64,000 nt of DNA from Candidatus Limnocylindrales bacterium (GTDB lineage: Bacteria; Chloroflexota; Limnocylindria; Limnocylindrales; CSP1-4), in NCBI GenBank assembly GCA_038915815.1, contig JBCLCL010000003.1:7015-71014 (forward strand). Reading direction: 5' to 3'. The notes below the pieces were generated by a model. It ran no database searches. It had not been told where the DNA came from and worked only from the letters and a program-made list of their open reading frames with translations. Shown piece after piece: positions 1-12,522 of the stretch. Within the stretch, counting starts at the first letter, position 1. Each line of letters starts with the position of its first letter. Made by a program: the position numbers and the translations under genes.

Positions 1-1
1 G

Positions 2-1801
2 GGAACCCTGGCCGAGCGCGACGGCAACATCTGCTATCGCTACGCGATCGACCGCGGCGACGTGGATGCGGCGTTCGCGGCCGCGGACATCGTGGTCGAG
101 GACGATTTCGTCTTCCCCAGCGTCTACCAGTACGCCATGGAGACCCACAGCGTGGTAGCCCAGGTGGACGGCGACGGGATCACGATCTGGGCCACTTGTC
201 AGCACCCGTTTCTGGTCAGGGCGGAGATCGCCGCGCTGTTCAACGTTCCGCTCGGGCGCGTCCGGGTCATCGTCCCGTACCTGGGGGGCGGCTTCGGCAG
301 CAAGTCCTACACCAAGATGGAGCCCATCACGGTGGCGCTGGCGCGCAAGGCGGGACGCCCGGTCCGGATCGTGAACCGCGTCGACGAGTCGATGGTCACC
401 ACCCGCCGCCACAACATGAAGGCACGGGTCCGGACGGCCGCGATGAGCGACGGCCGGCTCCTCGCCCGCGATGTCCAGGCCTCGTTCGACACCGGCGCCT
501 ACGCCGACAACGGCCCGCGTGTCACCGCCACGGGCGGCGACGCCGCCCCGGGTCCGTACCGCTGGTCCGCGGTCCGCGTCGATGCCGCCTGCGTCTACAC
601 CAACACGGCGCCATCGGGCTCCTACCGGGCCTTCGGTGCGTCGCACCTCCAGTGGGCCGGCGAGCTCCAGGTCGACGAGGTGGCGCGTCGTGCCGGTATC
701 GACCCGATCGAGATCCGACGACGCAATCTGCTCCGGCCCGGTGAGCAGATTCGAGCCGGCGGCAAGCCGCTCGACGCCGACCTGGTCGGCGATCTCGAGA
801 AGGTCGCCGACGCCCTCGGCTGGTCGCGCGAGAAGGATCCGGGCACGGGCCGCGGCGTCTCCGTCGGGCTCCTCGCCGCCGGGGCTCATCCTGTCTCGAG
901 CGCCGTCGTGCGCATGGAGGCCGACGGGGCGGCGGTCGTCCTGGTCGGCTCGACCGAACTGGGCCAGGGCCAGCGGACGGCCTTCGCGCAGATCGCCGGG
1001 GAGGTCCTGGCGATGCCGGCCGAGCGGATCACCTGCCGGGGCACCGACACGCAGTTCACCCCGTACGACCGCTCGACCGGCGCCAGCCGCTCGACGACGC
1101 TCGCCGGACTCGCGGTCCAGCGGGCGGCGGATGCGATCCGGGTCGACCTGCTCGACATCGCCGCCACCGTCTGGCCTGGAGATCCAAGGGCCATCGAACT
1201 CCGCGACGGCGCCGCATGGTGCGGCGATGAATCCCGGACCTATCCCGAACTCATCGCGAAGCGCTTCGGCTTGAGCGGCGGGCAACTCATCGGCGAGGGC
1301 GGTGTCCATCCCGAGGGGACGGGATCCTACGCGGAGGGCCCGGTCTTCTGGGAGGTCTGCATCGGCGCCGCGGAAGTCCACGTTGACCGTGAGACGGGAC
1401 AGGTGACCGTGCAGCGGACCGCCACCGTGGCCGACGTGGGGCGGGCCATCAATCCCCAACTGGTCGAGCGCCAGGACGAGGGCGCCACGATGCAGGGCAT
1501 CGGCAATGCATTGTTCGAGGAGATGGTCTTCAGCGACGGCCTGCTGCTCAACGACAACCTGCTCGAGTACCGCATCCCGACGATGGAGGACCTGCCCCAG
1601 CACTCATCGTGCGTGATCGTCGAGAACGAGGACGGCCCCGGTCCATTCGGGGCCAAGGGCTGCGGCGAAGGAGCGTTCGCCGGGATCATCGGAGCCATCG
1701 CGACGGCCGTCGCCGACGCCGGCGTGCCGATGACCGAACTTCCATTCACCCCGGAACGCGTGTGGCGAAGGATCCAGGAGTTGAAGGAGCAACCGACATG
1801 A
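2..1801 (+). CDS. Molybdopterin-dependent hydroxylase large subunit (xanthine dehydrogenase / aldehyde oxidase / CoxL family), C-terminal ~600 aa; 5' end cut by window edge
   Basis: ORF 62..1801 continues in frame to nt 2 without a stop. Translation (GGGFGSK..., AYRAFGASH, large a/b hammerhead and MoCo-binding regions) is typical of XDH/CoxL large subunits. Its stop overlaps the next start (ATGA). Confidence 0.85.
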   Translation, partial: GTLAERDGNICYRYAIDRGDVDAAFAAADIVVEDDFVFPSVYQYAMETHSVVAQVDGDGITIWATCQHPFLVRAEIAALFNVPLGRVRVIVPYLGGGFGSKSYTKMEPITVALARKAGRPVRIVNRVDESMVTTRRHNMKARVRTAAMSDGRLLARDVQASFDTGAYADNGPRVTATGGDAAPGPYRWSAVRVDAACVYTNTAPSGSYRAFGASHLQWAGELQVDEVARRAGIDPIEIRRRNLLRPGEQIRAGGKPLDADLVGDLEKVADALGWSREKDPGTGRGVSVGLLAAGAHPVSSAVVRMEADGAAVVLVGSTELGQGQRTAFAQIAGEVLAMPAERITCRGTDTQFTPYDRSTGASRSTTLAGLAVQRAADAIRVDLLDIAATVWPGDPRAIELRDGAAWCGDESRTYPELIAKRFGLSGGQLIGEGGVHPEGTGSYAEGPVFWEVCIGAAEVHVDRETGQVTVQRTATVADVGRAINPQLVERQDEGATMQGIGNALFEEMVFSDGLLLNDNLLEYRIPTMEDLPQHSSCVIVENEDGPGPFGAKGCGEGAFAGIIGAIATAVADAGVPMTELPFTPERVWRRIQELKEQPT

Positions 1802-2718
1802 GTACCTACCAGCGGGTCGCGGTGATGGGCACGGGGACGATGGGACCGGGCATGGGGGCGGTTCTCGCCCGCGCCGGGATGCAGGTGACGATGTACGACA
1901 CCAGTGCGGAGGCGCTCGAGCGCGCGAAGGCCGGCTACGACCTGGCCTGGGGCGTGCTCGACCGGCTTGAGACCCCTGTCCGCGACGGCGGATCGGCCAG
2001 CTATGCGAGCACCGTGGAAAGCGCGCTGGAAGGCGCCGAGTTCGTCTTCGAGGTCATCCCGGAGAAGCTCGAACTCAAGCAGCAGGTCTTTGCCGAGTAC
2101 GAGCGGCATGTCGGCCCGAAGGTGATCCTCGCCTCCAACACCTCGGGCATCCCGTCCACGAAGATCGCCGCCGACCTCGCTCATCCCGAGCGCGTCCTGG
2201 TGATGCACTGGTCCAACCCGCCACACCTGATCCCGATGATCGAGGTCGTCCCTGGCGAGAAGACCTCGAAGGCGACGATCGACGGCGCGATCACGGTCAT
2301 CGAGGAGATCGGCTACTACCCGTCGCTGCTCAAGAAGGAGGTCCCCGGGTTCGTCGAGAACCGGGTCCTCTACGCGATCATGCGCGAGTGCCTTGCCCTG
2401 GTGGACGAGGGGGTCATCGACCGCGAGGGGCTGGACCTCAACGTCAAGTGGGGGATCGGCTACAAGCTCGCGGTCATCCCGCCCATGCAGCTGCTCGACA
2501 TGGCCGGCATGGACATCTACACCATGGTGGCCAGCTACCTGAACCCGGATCTGTCGAACGCGGCCGACGTGTCGCCGACGATCAAGAAGCTCGTTGACCA
2601 GGGGCGGCTCGGGATGAAGACCAAGGGCGGCCTGTTCGACTACACGGACGAGGAGGTCGGCCAACTCCGCGCCCAGCGCGGTGCCAAGCTGGTCGCGGTC
2701 CGCAAGGCGCTCGGCTGA
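1798..2718 (+). CDS. 3-hydroxyacyl-CoA (3-hydroxybutyryl-CoA) dehydrogenase family, NAD-binding
   Basis: ATG at 1798 overlaps the upstream stop. N-terminal Rossmann motif VAVMGTGTMGPGMG and conserved HBD middle/C-terminal regions. The 1609 start in the ORF track is an upstream artefact. Confidence 0.85.
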   Translation: MSTYQRVAVMGTGTMGPGMGAVLARAGMQVTMYDTSAEALERAKAGYDLAWGVLDRLETPVRDGGSASYASTVESALEGAEFVFEVIPEKLELKQQVFAEYERHVGPKVILASNTSGIPSTKIAADLAHPERVLVMHWSNPPHLIPMIEVVPGEKTSKATIDGAITVIEEIGYYPSLLKKEVPGFVENRVLYAIMRECLALVDEGVIDREGLDLNVKWGIGYKLAVIPPMQLLDMAGMDIYTMVASYLNPDLSNAADVSPTIKKLVDQGRLGMKTKGGLFDYTDEEVGQLRAQRGAKLVAVRKALG

Positions 2719-2737
2719 ACCACACGAGGAGAGACCG

Positions 2738-3484
2738 ATGAGGATCTACCTGCTCGACCTGGGCTCGCTGGTCATCGACCGTTCCGACGTCCTGTGGCAC
2801 ATCGACGTCGGAACGGCCGTCCGCTTCCCGGTCTACGGCGTCTACGTAGACCACCCGGAAGGGAAGTTCATCTTCGACACGGGCTACGACCTCGCGCACG
2901 TGAACAAGGTGCTGCCGTTCGAGCTGCCCGAGCAGACGGCCGAGCAGACGATCCCGGCCCAGCTCGCCAAGATCGGGGTGAAGCCCGAGGAGATCGACTT
3001 CGTCGTCAACTCGCACTTCCACTTCGACCACGTTGGCGGGAACCGCTTCCTGACCAATGCGACGCTCCTGACCAGCAAGCTGGAGCTGCGCTCGTGCCTG
3101 GTGCCCGAACCGTTCGAGCGCCTCGGCTACTCCGACCTGAGCTTCTACGCGCCGTCGCTCAAGCGGGAGTACCTCGAGGGCGACGTGGAGATCGCCAGGG
3201 GCCTGAACCTCTTCGAGACGGCCGGCCACACGATCGGCCACTACTCGCTGCTGGCCGAGCCGGAGGGCCGCCGGCCGATGATCTTCGCCGGCGATGCGGC
3301 CTATACCTTCGAGACGCTGGACCGGATGATCATCGGCGGCTTCCACCTTGACCCGGTCGACTCGATCTCGGCGCTGAAGCGGATCAAGGCGATGGCCAAG
3401 CAGCACGACGCCGAGATCTTCCCGTCGCACGAGATGGCACCCTGGCTGACCTGGAAGCACGCACCGGACTTCTACGGCGCCTGA
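2738..3484 (+). CDS. Metallo-beta-lactamase-fold N-acyl-homoserine-lactonase-like hydrolase (AiiA-like)
   Basis: RBS GGAGAG then ATG at 2738. HxHxDH zinc motif (SHFHFDHVGG), later H and D ligands, ~250 aa as in AHL lactonases. Confidence 0.7.
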   Translation: MRIYLLDLGSLVIDRSDVLWHIDVGTAVRFPVYGVYVDHPEGKFIFDTGYDLAHVNKVLPFELPEQTAEQTIPAQLAKIGVKPEEIDFVVNSHFHFDHVGGNRFLTNATLLTSKLELRSCLVPEPFERLGYSDLSFYAPSLKREYLEGDVEIARGLNLFETAGHTIGHYSLLAEPEGRRPMIFAGDAAYTFETLDRMIIGGFHLDPVDSISALKRIKAMAKQHDAEIFPSHEMAPWLTWKHAPDFYGA

Positions 3485-4237
<753 letters not shown>

Positions 4238-4247
4238 CCTCCCGATC

Positions 4248-4649
4248 GTGGCGAACTTCCCGGTACGCCGTGTCGGCTGCATCCTCGCCGTGAGGGATGT
4301 CGGTCGCTCGGTCGCCTTCTACACGGAGCACCTCGGGTTCGCCGTGGATGCGCTGTACGACGACCCGCCGTACGCGACGCTGACCCGCGACGGGGTGCGC
4401 CTCTCGCTCGCGGAGGAAGGCCACCCGGCGCCCGACCGACCCGGGATCGCGCTGGCGGCACCGGCGGACCCGACCCGGCTGTCGGTCGTGCTCGTGCTCG
4501 AGGTGGACGACGCCCGGGCGCTCTACCGGCGCCTCGCCGCCGAGGGCGTCCGGTTCCTCGCCGAACCGTGGGAGGCGCCGTGGGGCGGTTGCCGCTTCTT
4601 CGTGGTCGATCCGGACGGATACCTGGTGGAGCTGGAGCAGCCGGGTTAG
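4248..4649 (+). CDS. VOC (glyoxalase/bleomycin-resistance) family protein
   Basis: GTG start after the SDR stop. ~133 aa with a VOC-like paired beta-alpha-beta-beta-beta layout (FYTEHLGF..., FVVDPDGYLVEL). Confidence 0.55.
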   Translation: MANFPVRRVGCILAVRDVGRSVAFYTEHLGFAVDALYDDPPYATLTRDGVRLSLAEEGHPAPDRPGIALAAPADPTRLSVVLVLEVDDARALYRRLAAEGVRFLAEPWEAPWGGCRFFVVDPDGYLVELEQPG

Positions 4650-5182
4650 GTCGAGGTCGCCGTCGGCTCGTCTCCCGGACGGTGGCTGCGGAGGCGCCGC
4701 CAGAGCCAGCCGGCCACGGCCGCGGCCACGGCACCCTGCGGCAGGACCCACAGGGCGAGTTCCGCGGCCCCTCGATCGGCGATGCCGCCCCAATGGCCAC
4801 CCGCGTCGAAGAACAGTCGCACCGAGACGGGGCCGGGCACGCCCAGGAGGTCGAAGGTGACCGTGGCGCGATGGCCGAGCTGGTCGGGCCGCGCCGCCGG
4901 CCCGGGCTCCGCATGGGCCGCCAGGAGCAGCGGGTGGACCGGCGGCAGACCGCGGCGCAGCGCGGCGTCGACCGTCTCGAGGCAGGCATCCCGGGCCAGC
5001 GCCGGATCGCAGCTCACCTGGAGTGGGCGCACGGCGGCGCCGACCGCGATCCAGGCCGACCCCACGAGCAGCATCACCAGGATCAGCCTGGGTCGCCGCG
5101 TTCGCCGGGTTCGCCGCTCAGCCTCGGGGGCCTGGAGCCAGTTCGAGGTCGTACGCTCGCTGGTGTCCGCCGACTCGATCAC
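4646..5182 (-). CDS. Hypothetical protein with one N-terminal transmembrane helix
   Basis: ORF with typical high-GC codon bias and a hydrophobic segment LILVMLLVGSAWIAVGAAV. No recognisable domain. Confidence 0.35.
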   Translation of the reverse strand: MIESADTSERTTSNWLQAPEAERRTRRTRRPRLILVMLLVGSAWIAVGAAVRPLQVSCDPALARDACLETVDAALRRGLPPVHPLLLAAHAEPGPAARPDQLGHRATVTFDLLGVPGPVSVRLFFDAGGHWGGIADRGAAELALWVLPQGAVAAAVAGWLWRRLRSHRPGDEPTATST

Positions 5183-5191
5183 GAAGCTGGT

Positions 5192-6319
5192 TCAGCCGGG
5201 CGCCGTGAGCCGCTCGGCGGAGAGGGCGAGCACCGTCGCCAGGTCCAGCCCCGCCTGCACCCCGTCCTCCGACGCGAACTGCACGGCGCCCTCCGGCCTA
5301 TGGAACGACCACCCACCGGGGCGGCCGAGCCCGATCAAGGCGGACGGCACTCGCCGGGTGATCGCGCCGAAATCGGTGGCGAACGGCAACGCCATCGGCG
5401 GCTCCACGTAGTCCCGACCCGCGGCGCGCTGGGCCGCGGCGACCTGTTCGCCGACCGATCGGTCCGGGACGATCCCAGGGACCGGGACCCCGCCCTCCCA
5501 ATCCGCCGGCACCGCGGCTCGGAGGCCCGTCGCAAGCTCATCGATCCCCGCCTCGTCCGGGGCCCACAGGAGGAACCGGGCCACGGCGCCGAGGCCCGTG
5601 CCCTCCTCGACGTCGCCGTCGAGTTGCAGCGACTCGAGCATCACCTGCGCGGCGGGGGCGTGGGTCGCCGCGGAGACCATGGCAGCCACCCTTGCCATCA
5701 CCGACGGTGGGGCACCGTCCACCAGGGTCCGACGGCCATGGAGGCGGGCCGTGTCGCGGCGCATCCAGGCGGATGCCGCCCAGACCGTATCCAGGAACTC
5801 AGGGTGCGCATAGAGCGCCGCGTCGATCTCGTCCCACGCCCCGGCGGCCGCGCTGATCGCCTTGCCCCCGCCGCGCGCCACCGTCCCCGGCGAGTGGATC
5901 TCGTCGGCGGGGCAACCCATCACGACCACGCTGCCGCGCAATCGCTCGCGGTCCGCGGCGAGCGCGGCCACGGCGCCGACGACCCCGGCCGCGATCGGTC
6001 CGTGACCGCAGGCGTGGATCGCCTCGAGGACGCCGGACGCGGGGACCGATGGGACAGCGTCGTAGTTCGCCACGAGGCCGACCGTCCGTCCGGGCAGGCC
6101 GCCGCGCAGGGTCGCGCGGAAGGCGGTGGCCATCCCCGCCACGCCGGTTTCGACCGTCAGGCCAAGCTCGCCGAGGACGCGCGCCAGGTGCGCGGCGCTC
6201 TCGTGCTCGTCATGGGCCAGTTCGGGGTGCCCATGGATGAAGGTCATCACCTCCTGGACCAGCGGCCGGCGCGCGGCGACGGCGGCACGGATGGCGTCGT
6301 CCCGGGCCTCGACCGTCAC
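5192..6319 (-). CDS. M20 family amidohydrolase (aminoacylase/hippurate-hydrolase-like; possibly an ureide amidohydrolase)
   Basis: HGHPELAHDEHESAAHL motif and metal-ligand pattern of M20D amidohydrolases. Its stop overlaps the upstream gene. Confidence 0.8.
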   Translation of the reverse strand: MTVEARDDAIRAAVAARRPLVQEVMTFIHGHPELAHDEHESAAHLARVLGELGLTVETGVAGMATAFRATLRGGLPGRTVGLVANYDAVPSVPASGVLEAIHACGHGPIAAGVVGAVAALAADRERLRGSVVVMGCPADEIHSPGTVARGGGKAISAAAGAWDEIDAALYAHPEFLDTVWAASAWMRRDTARLHGRRTLVDGAPPSVMARVAAMVSAATHAPAAQVMLESLQLDGDVEEGTGLGAVARFLLWAPDEAGIDELATGLRAAVPADWEGGVPVPGIVPDRSVGEQVAAAQRAAGRDYVEPPMALPFATDFGAITRRVPSALIGLGRPGGWSFHRPEGAVQFASEDGVQAGLDLATVLALSAERLTAPG

Positions 6320-7197
6320 CTCAGCCGCTCCCGTGCGTCCGCGAGTGCCGCCTGCACCCCACGCCCCACCAGCACGCCCACCAGGTGGCGCTTGTAGTCC
6401 GCCGACCCGTTCGAGTCCGTGACCGGGTCGCTAGCCTCCGCCGCTGCCTGCCCCGCTGCCGCCAGCACCACCGGGTCGGGACCGCCGGCGTCCAGCCCGG
6501 CCAGCAGGGCCTCACCGACCGGTACGCGGACCGGGGCAAGGCCGACCGACCCGACGGCGATCCGCGCCTCCGCCATCGTCCGGTCCACGACCCGGACCAG
6601 GCAGCTCACGGTGACGGCCGGACGCTCATGGAACGCGAAGCGCAGGTGCGCCATCCCGGAGCCCGGCGGCAGCGGTGGCACCTCGATGGCGACCACCAGT
6701 TCGCCAGGTTCGAGGGCCGTGGTGTACGGACCGAGCACGAAGGACGAGAACGGCAGACGGCGGCGTTCATCGCCACGTCCCAGGACCAACCGGGCGTCCG
6801 CGGCAAGGAGGAAGGCGGCCGGGTCGGAGTGCGGGTCCGCGAAGGCCAGGTTGCCACCGAGCGTGCCGGTCGACCGGACGCGCACGTTCGCCACCACCCG
6901 CTCCATCCTCGCGAGCTGCGGCCAGTCGGCCGCGACCAGCGGCGAGCGCTCGATCGCCCGATGGGTCGCCGTCGCTCCGATGCGCAGGACGCCGTCGGCG
7001 ACGTCGATCCCCGCCAGCTCCGCGATCGGCTTGATGTCGACCAGGTGACCGTAGGCCGCGAAGCCAAGCTTCATCAGCAGCAGCAGCTCGGTCCCGCCGC
7101 CGTAGATGACCCCGTCGTCGCCATGCTCGCCGATGAGCGCGGTGGCTTCGGCGACCGAGCCGGCGCGGTGAAGCTCGAACGGCGCCACGGTCGTCAT
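6316..7197 (-). CDS. FAD-binding subunit of molybdo-hydroxylase (CoxM/XdhB-like, medium subunit)
   Basis: Start MTTVAPFELHR at 7197 (ATGA overlap with the upstream stop). GGTELLLLMKLG FAD-binding motif and CO-dehydrogenase flavoprotein C-terminal domain. The six-frame ORF extends artefactually to 7671. Confidence 0.8.
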   Translation of the reverse strand: MTTVAPFELHRAGSVAEATALIGEHGDDGVIYGGGTELLLLMKLGFAAYGHLVDIKPIAELAGIDVADGVLRIGATATHRAIERSPLVAADWPQLARMERVVANVRVRSTGTLGGNLAFADPHSDPAAFLLAADARLVLGRGDERRRLPFSSFVLGPYTTALEPGELVVAIEVPPLPPGSGMAHLRFAFHERPAVTVSCLVRVVDRTMAEARIAVGSVGLAPVRVPVGEALLAGLDAGGPDPVVLAAAGQAAAEASDPVTDSNGSADYKRHLVGVLVGRGVQAALADARERLR

Positions 7198-8369
7198 CGA
7201 CCGGTCGTCGGTCCGCTCGCCGAGAGTGAGGCCAGGGCGGCGTCGAGGCCCGCGCCGATCTCCACCCGGGCGCCGAGGTCGGCGAGGGTGCGGCCGATCG
7301 CCGCCAGACCCGCGACCATCAGGATCGGTCGGGCGGTGGGGCCCATGTGGCCCAGCCGGATGAGGTTGCCCGCGCCCTGACCGGCGGAGAGCTGGACGCC
7401 ATAGTGCGCCCGGGCATGGTCGCGGACGCCGTGGTCGGTCAGACCGTCCGGCACCCGGATCGCGGTCACACAGGCGGCAGCGATTTCCCGACGCGCGGGC
7501 CACGGCCGCAGGCCCATCGCCTCCACGCCCGCCCACGCAGCGGCCGCGACCCTGGTGTGTCTCGCCTCGCTGGCCTCGAGACCTTCCGCCAGGAGCGCGT
7601 CGGCCGCGGCCAGCACTCCGTGCAGGTCGGAGACGGACGGCGTGAACGGGAACTTGCCGTTGCCGTGCCATTGCTCACGCCAGTCGAGCATCGACAGGAA
7701 CGAGCCCCGGGGCGCCGCAGGATTGCGATCGATCGCCGCCCAGGCCCGGTCACTGACCGCCATCAGCGACATGCCGGGAGGTCCGCCGAGGCACTTCTGG
7801 GGACCCGCGACCAGGAGGTCCAGCTGCCAGGCCTCTGCCTGCAGCTCGATCCCTCCGAAGGACGAGACGACGTCGACGATCGTGACCGCGTCATGGGCTC
7901 GCGCGATCGGGCCCAGTTCACGGACCGGGTTGAGTGTCCCGGACGGCGTCTCCGAATGCACCACGGAGACCATCCGGATCTCCGGGTGCGCATCGAGGTA
8001 GGCGGCCACGGCCGCCGGATCGATCGCGTCGTCGTAGCCGACCTCGATCTCGTGGAGTTCCGCGCCGATGGCCGTCAGCCAATAGCCGAATCCCTTGCCG
8101 AAGACACCGCTGACGAGGTTGAGACAGGCCATCCCGGGCGACACGACCGCGCGGGCGGCCGCCTCCAGCCCCAGGACGGCCTCGCCCTGCATCAGGATGA
8201 TCTCGTGGCTGGTCGTCCGGAAGATCCGGCCGATCCGCTCCTCCGCCGCCCGGAACCGCTCGATGAAGACGGGGTCGTAGTGATAGAGGATCGGCGACCC
8301 GATCGCGGCCAGGACCTCCGCCGACAGGTCGTTGGGTCCGGCACTCAGCGTCAGGTCAGCTCGGTCCAT
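7194..8369 (-). CDS. Class V pyridoxal-phosphate aminotransferase (AGXT / ureidoglycine-glyoxylate aminotransferase-like)
   Basis: Strong SD GGAGGAG before ATG at 8369 (MDRADLTL...). Fold-type I class V signature regions and conserved Lys in the SVVHSETPSG.. region. Confidence 0.8.
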   Translation of the reverse strand: MDRADLTLSAGPNDLSAEVLAAIGSPILYHYDPVFIERFRAAEERIGRIFRTTSHEIILMQGEAVLGLEAAARAVVSPGMACLNLVSGVFGKGFGYWLTAIGAELHEIEVGYDDAIDPAAVAAYLDAHPEIRMVSVVHSETPSGTLNPVRELGPIARAHDAVTIVDVVSSFGGIELQAEAWQLDLLVAGPQKCLGGPPGMSLMAVSDRAWAAIDRNPAAPRGSFLSMLDWREQWHGNGKFPFTPSVSDLHGVLAAADALLAEGLEASEARHTRVAAAAWAGVEAMGLRPWPARREIAAACVTAIRVPDGLTDHGVRDHARAHYGVQLSAGQGAGNLIRLGHMGPTARPILMVAGLAAIGRTLADLGARVEIGAGLDAALASLSASGPTTGR

Positions 8370-8841
8370 CGTCGACTCCTCCAGAAGGCCCGTCCCCAAA
8401 AGCAAGCCTGGCCTCGATACAGGCGGCGGCGCGGCTCACCAGCGGACGGCTCACCGCGGCGATGACCCCCTGACCCATCTGGGCGGCTCGACCCTTCAAC
8501 TCCAGGTCCGTCGTGATCCGCACCCTTGACCCCTCGCCCTCCGGCATCACCTGCATCACCGAGCGGACCTTGGCGCTTTCGCCGCCCCCGGAGGCGAGCC
8601 CTTCGCCCTCGATCGATGCGGTGCGCGCGGCTGCGTCCCGCTCGGCGATCCGGACTCGCCCGGCGTAGACGAACTTCATCGGACCGAGCTTGACCGAGAC
8701 ACGGCCGGGATAGACGCCGTCCTGGTCGGGCGCGTCGATCTCCGCGCCCGGGACACAGGGGGCGACCAGGGCAAGGTCCAGGAGCATGGCGTAGGCACGG
8801 TCGGGTGCAGTGCTGATGGTGAACTCGTCGATGAGGCGCAT
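8356..8841 (-). CDS. coxG: CoxG-like SRPBCC domain protein (carbon monoxide dehydrogenase subunit G family)
   Basis: MRLIDEFTISTAPDRAYAMLLDL... is the typical CoxG N-terminus. ATGA overlap with the upstream permease gene. Confidence 0.7.
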   Translation of the reverse strand: MRLIDEFTISTAPDRAYAMLLDLALVAPCVPGAEIDAPDQDGVYPGRVSVKLGPMKFVYAGRVRIAERDAAARTASIEGEGLASGGGESAKVRSVMQVMPEGEGSRVRITTDLELKGRAAQMGQGVIAAVSRPLVSRAAACIEARLAFGDGPSGGVDDGPS

Positions 8842-9776
8842 CAGCGACTCCCTCGCAGGTACGGGAGCCCCAGGGCGGACGGAAGCCGTGCATCTCGGGC
8901 GAAGATCACGAGGACCACGATCACGGACACGAACGGCAGCATCTGGACCACGTCGTTGGGCACATCGATGCCCACCAACTGTAGCGCGGTGGTCAGTGAC
9001 AGCGACATCCCGAACAGGAGCGCGCCGGCGACCGACCACCACGCCCGGCCGCGCGCGAGCATCGCGATGACGATCGCGATGAAGCCCGCGCCGTGGGTCA
9101 CGAACGGCACGAACGTGCCGGCGCTCACGATCGAGATGTAGGCGCCCGCCAGGCCGGCCAGCAGTCCGCATGCCAGTTCGGCCACGGTCCGCACCCGGAT
9201 GACACTCACACCTGCCGCATCGAGCGACGCGGGATGCTCGCCGGCCGCCCTAACGTGCAACCCGGCGCTCGTCTGCCGCAGGACCCAGGCGACGACCCCC
9301 ACCAGGACGAACCCGAGATAGACCACCAGCGGCTGGCTGAACAGGCTGCCGCCAAGGACCGGGATCTCCGACAACAGGGGGATCGGGAAGGTCGGCGCCG
9401 CATCCAGGCGCGGGTATGTATCGCCGAAGAGCGTGCTGTGGAGCACCGCGGTCGCTCCTTCGGCGGTCAGGACGATCGCCACGCCCACCACGATCTGGTC
9501 GAGGCCCAGGCGGATGCAGAAGACCACCATGAGGAGCGAGACGAGCGCTCCCGCGAGTGCGCCGGCGCCCAGGCCGAGCCAGAGGTCGCCCGTGGCGAGC
9601 GTCGTCACGAAGCCCACGAAGGCCCCAGTGAGCATCATCCCCTCGAGGCCCACGTTGAGCACGCCCGCCTCCTCGGCGATGATCTCGCCCAGGCTGGCGA
9701 AGAGCAGCGGGACGCCGGCGAGCAGCCCGCCGCCGATGAGCGCTGTCAGAAAGCCCGCGGTCAGCAGGTCAGGCAT
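8841..9776 (-). CDS. ABC transporter permease (BMP/nucleoside-type, second permease)
   Basis: Multi-TM protein with branched-chain/ribose-type permease features. In operon with the next three genes. Confidence 0.8.
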   Translation of the reverse strand: MPDLLTAGFLTALIGGGLLAGVPLLFASLGEIIAEEAGVLNVGLEGMMLTGAFVGFVTTLATGDLWLGLGAGALAGALVSLLMVVFCIRLGLDQIVVGVAIVLTAEGATAVLHSTLFGDTYPRLDAAPTFPIPLLSEIPVLGGSLFSQPLVVYLGFVLVGVVAWVLRQTSAGLHVRAAGEHPASLDAAGVSVIRVRTVAELACGLLAGLAGAYISIVSAGTFVPFVTHGAGFIAIVIAMLARGRAWWSVAGALLFGMSLSLTTALQLVGIDVPNDVVQMLPFVSVIVVLVIFARDARLPSALGLPYLRGSR

Positions 9777-10886
9777 CGGGCGCCGCCTTGCGCCGGCGTG
9801 GCAGGATCGGCTCGCCGCGGTCGCGCTTGTCGCTCAGGTAGTGCGTCACGACCATGAACAGCAGCACCATCCCGATGACCAGGAGGAGGAAGTCGCTCGG
9901 CAGTTCCGCCCGGCGCGCGGCAAGTTCACCGCCGATCGACAGCACGCTGAAGAAGGCGGCGAACGGGATGACCGCCACCGCGTTGAGCCGTGCCAGGAAG
10001 ACCAGCGGGACGACCTTCAGGCCGTATGCCGGGTTCCAGTCGGCGCGCATGTAGCCAAAGATGCCGAGGATGTCCACGGCGGCCGCCAGACCGATGAGCG
10101 CGCCACTCAGCAGGAACGTGACGATGATGATCCGCGGCACGCCGATCCCCATGTGCTCGGCGGCCCGGACGTTGGCGCCCGTCACGTCGATCCGCATGCC
10201 GAACGACGTTCGCGAGAACATCCAGTAGACGGCCAGCGCGGCGATCAGGGCGACGATGACGCCGATGTGGATCCGCGTGCCCGGCAGGTCGAGCAGCTTC
10301 AGCGTCTGATCGATGACGGCGGTCTGCGGGACGGTGGACGGCCCGTCGAACGGCCCCTTGACGAGCAGATGCGCCAGACCCGAGCCCACGAAGGACATCA
10401 TCAACGTGGTCACGATCTCGTTGAGGCCGTACCGGGCGCGCAACCAGGACGGGACGATCGTCCAGGCCGCCCCCACCGCCATCCCGAGCAGGCCGAGCAG
10501 CAGCCAGCCGGTTGGCGGCGGCACGGCCGTCAGCAGGCCAGGTGCCGTGCCCGCGACCATGGCCGCCGCGAGGAGGTACTGGCCATCTGACCCGAGGTTC
10601 CAGAGCGAAGCCCGGAAGGCGACGATCATCCCGGCGGCGATCAGGAGGATGGGCGCCATCCTCGTGATGCTGTCCTGGAGTCCCGAGGGCCGGAGCAGGC
10701 CAGCCTGGAGGATGTCCGAGTAGAACGCGACCGGGTCGCGACCGATCATCGCGAGCAGCGCACCGCAGGCGATCAGGGCGAGCACGATCGGCCCCACGCT
10801 GCGGACCAGGGCGTCGAGCACCGCGCCTCCGCGCCGGTGCACGGGCCTGGCCTCCATCGATCCGTCCGGAGCGCCCATGGGACCGG

Positions 10887-10890
<4 letters not shown>
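9769..10890 (-). CDS. ABC transporter permease (BMP/nucleoside-type, first permease)
   Basis: 10-TM-like permease. Overlaps neighbouring genes by 4-8 nt. Confidence 0.8.
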
Positions 10891-12515
<1,625 letters not shown>

Positions 12516-12522
12516 GCGGCGC

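Noticed and set aside
1327-2664. 445-aa minus-strand ORF antisense to the hydroxyacyl-CoA dehydrogenase gene
   Set aside because: Arg/Asp/Val-rich low-complexity translation typical of antisense frames in 70% GC DNA. The plus-strand gene has clear domain motifs. The same applies to 2582..4282(-), 4568..6397(+), 6385..7380(+), 7347..8465(+), 9093..10590(+), 11418..12245(+), 14541..15251(-), 18059..18922(-), 19210..20124(-), 21329..22921(-), 23047..23874(-), 25070..26062(-), 34704..35921(-), 40665..42245(-), 42538..43920(-), 43814..45169(-), 45810..47576(-), 49520..51022(-), 51648..53669(-), 55459..57033(+), 56262..57980(+), 57997..59274(-) and 60385..61290(+).
8841-9171. N-terminal extension of the CoxG ORF to 271 aa
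   Set aside because: The extension overlaps the permease gene out of frame. CoxG-family proteins are ~160 aa and start at MRLIDEF (8841).
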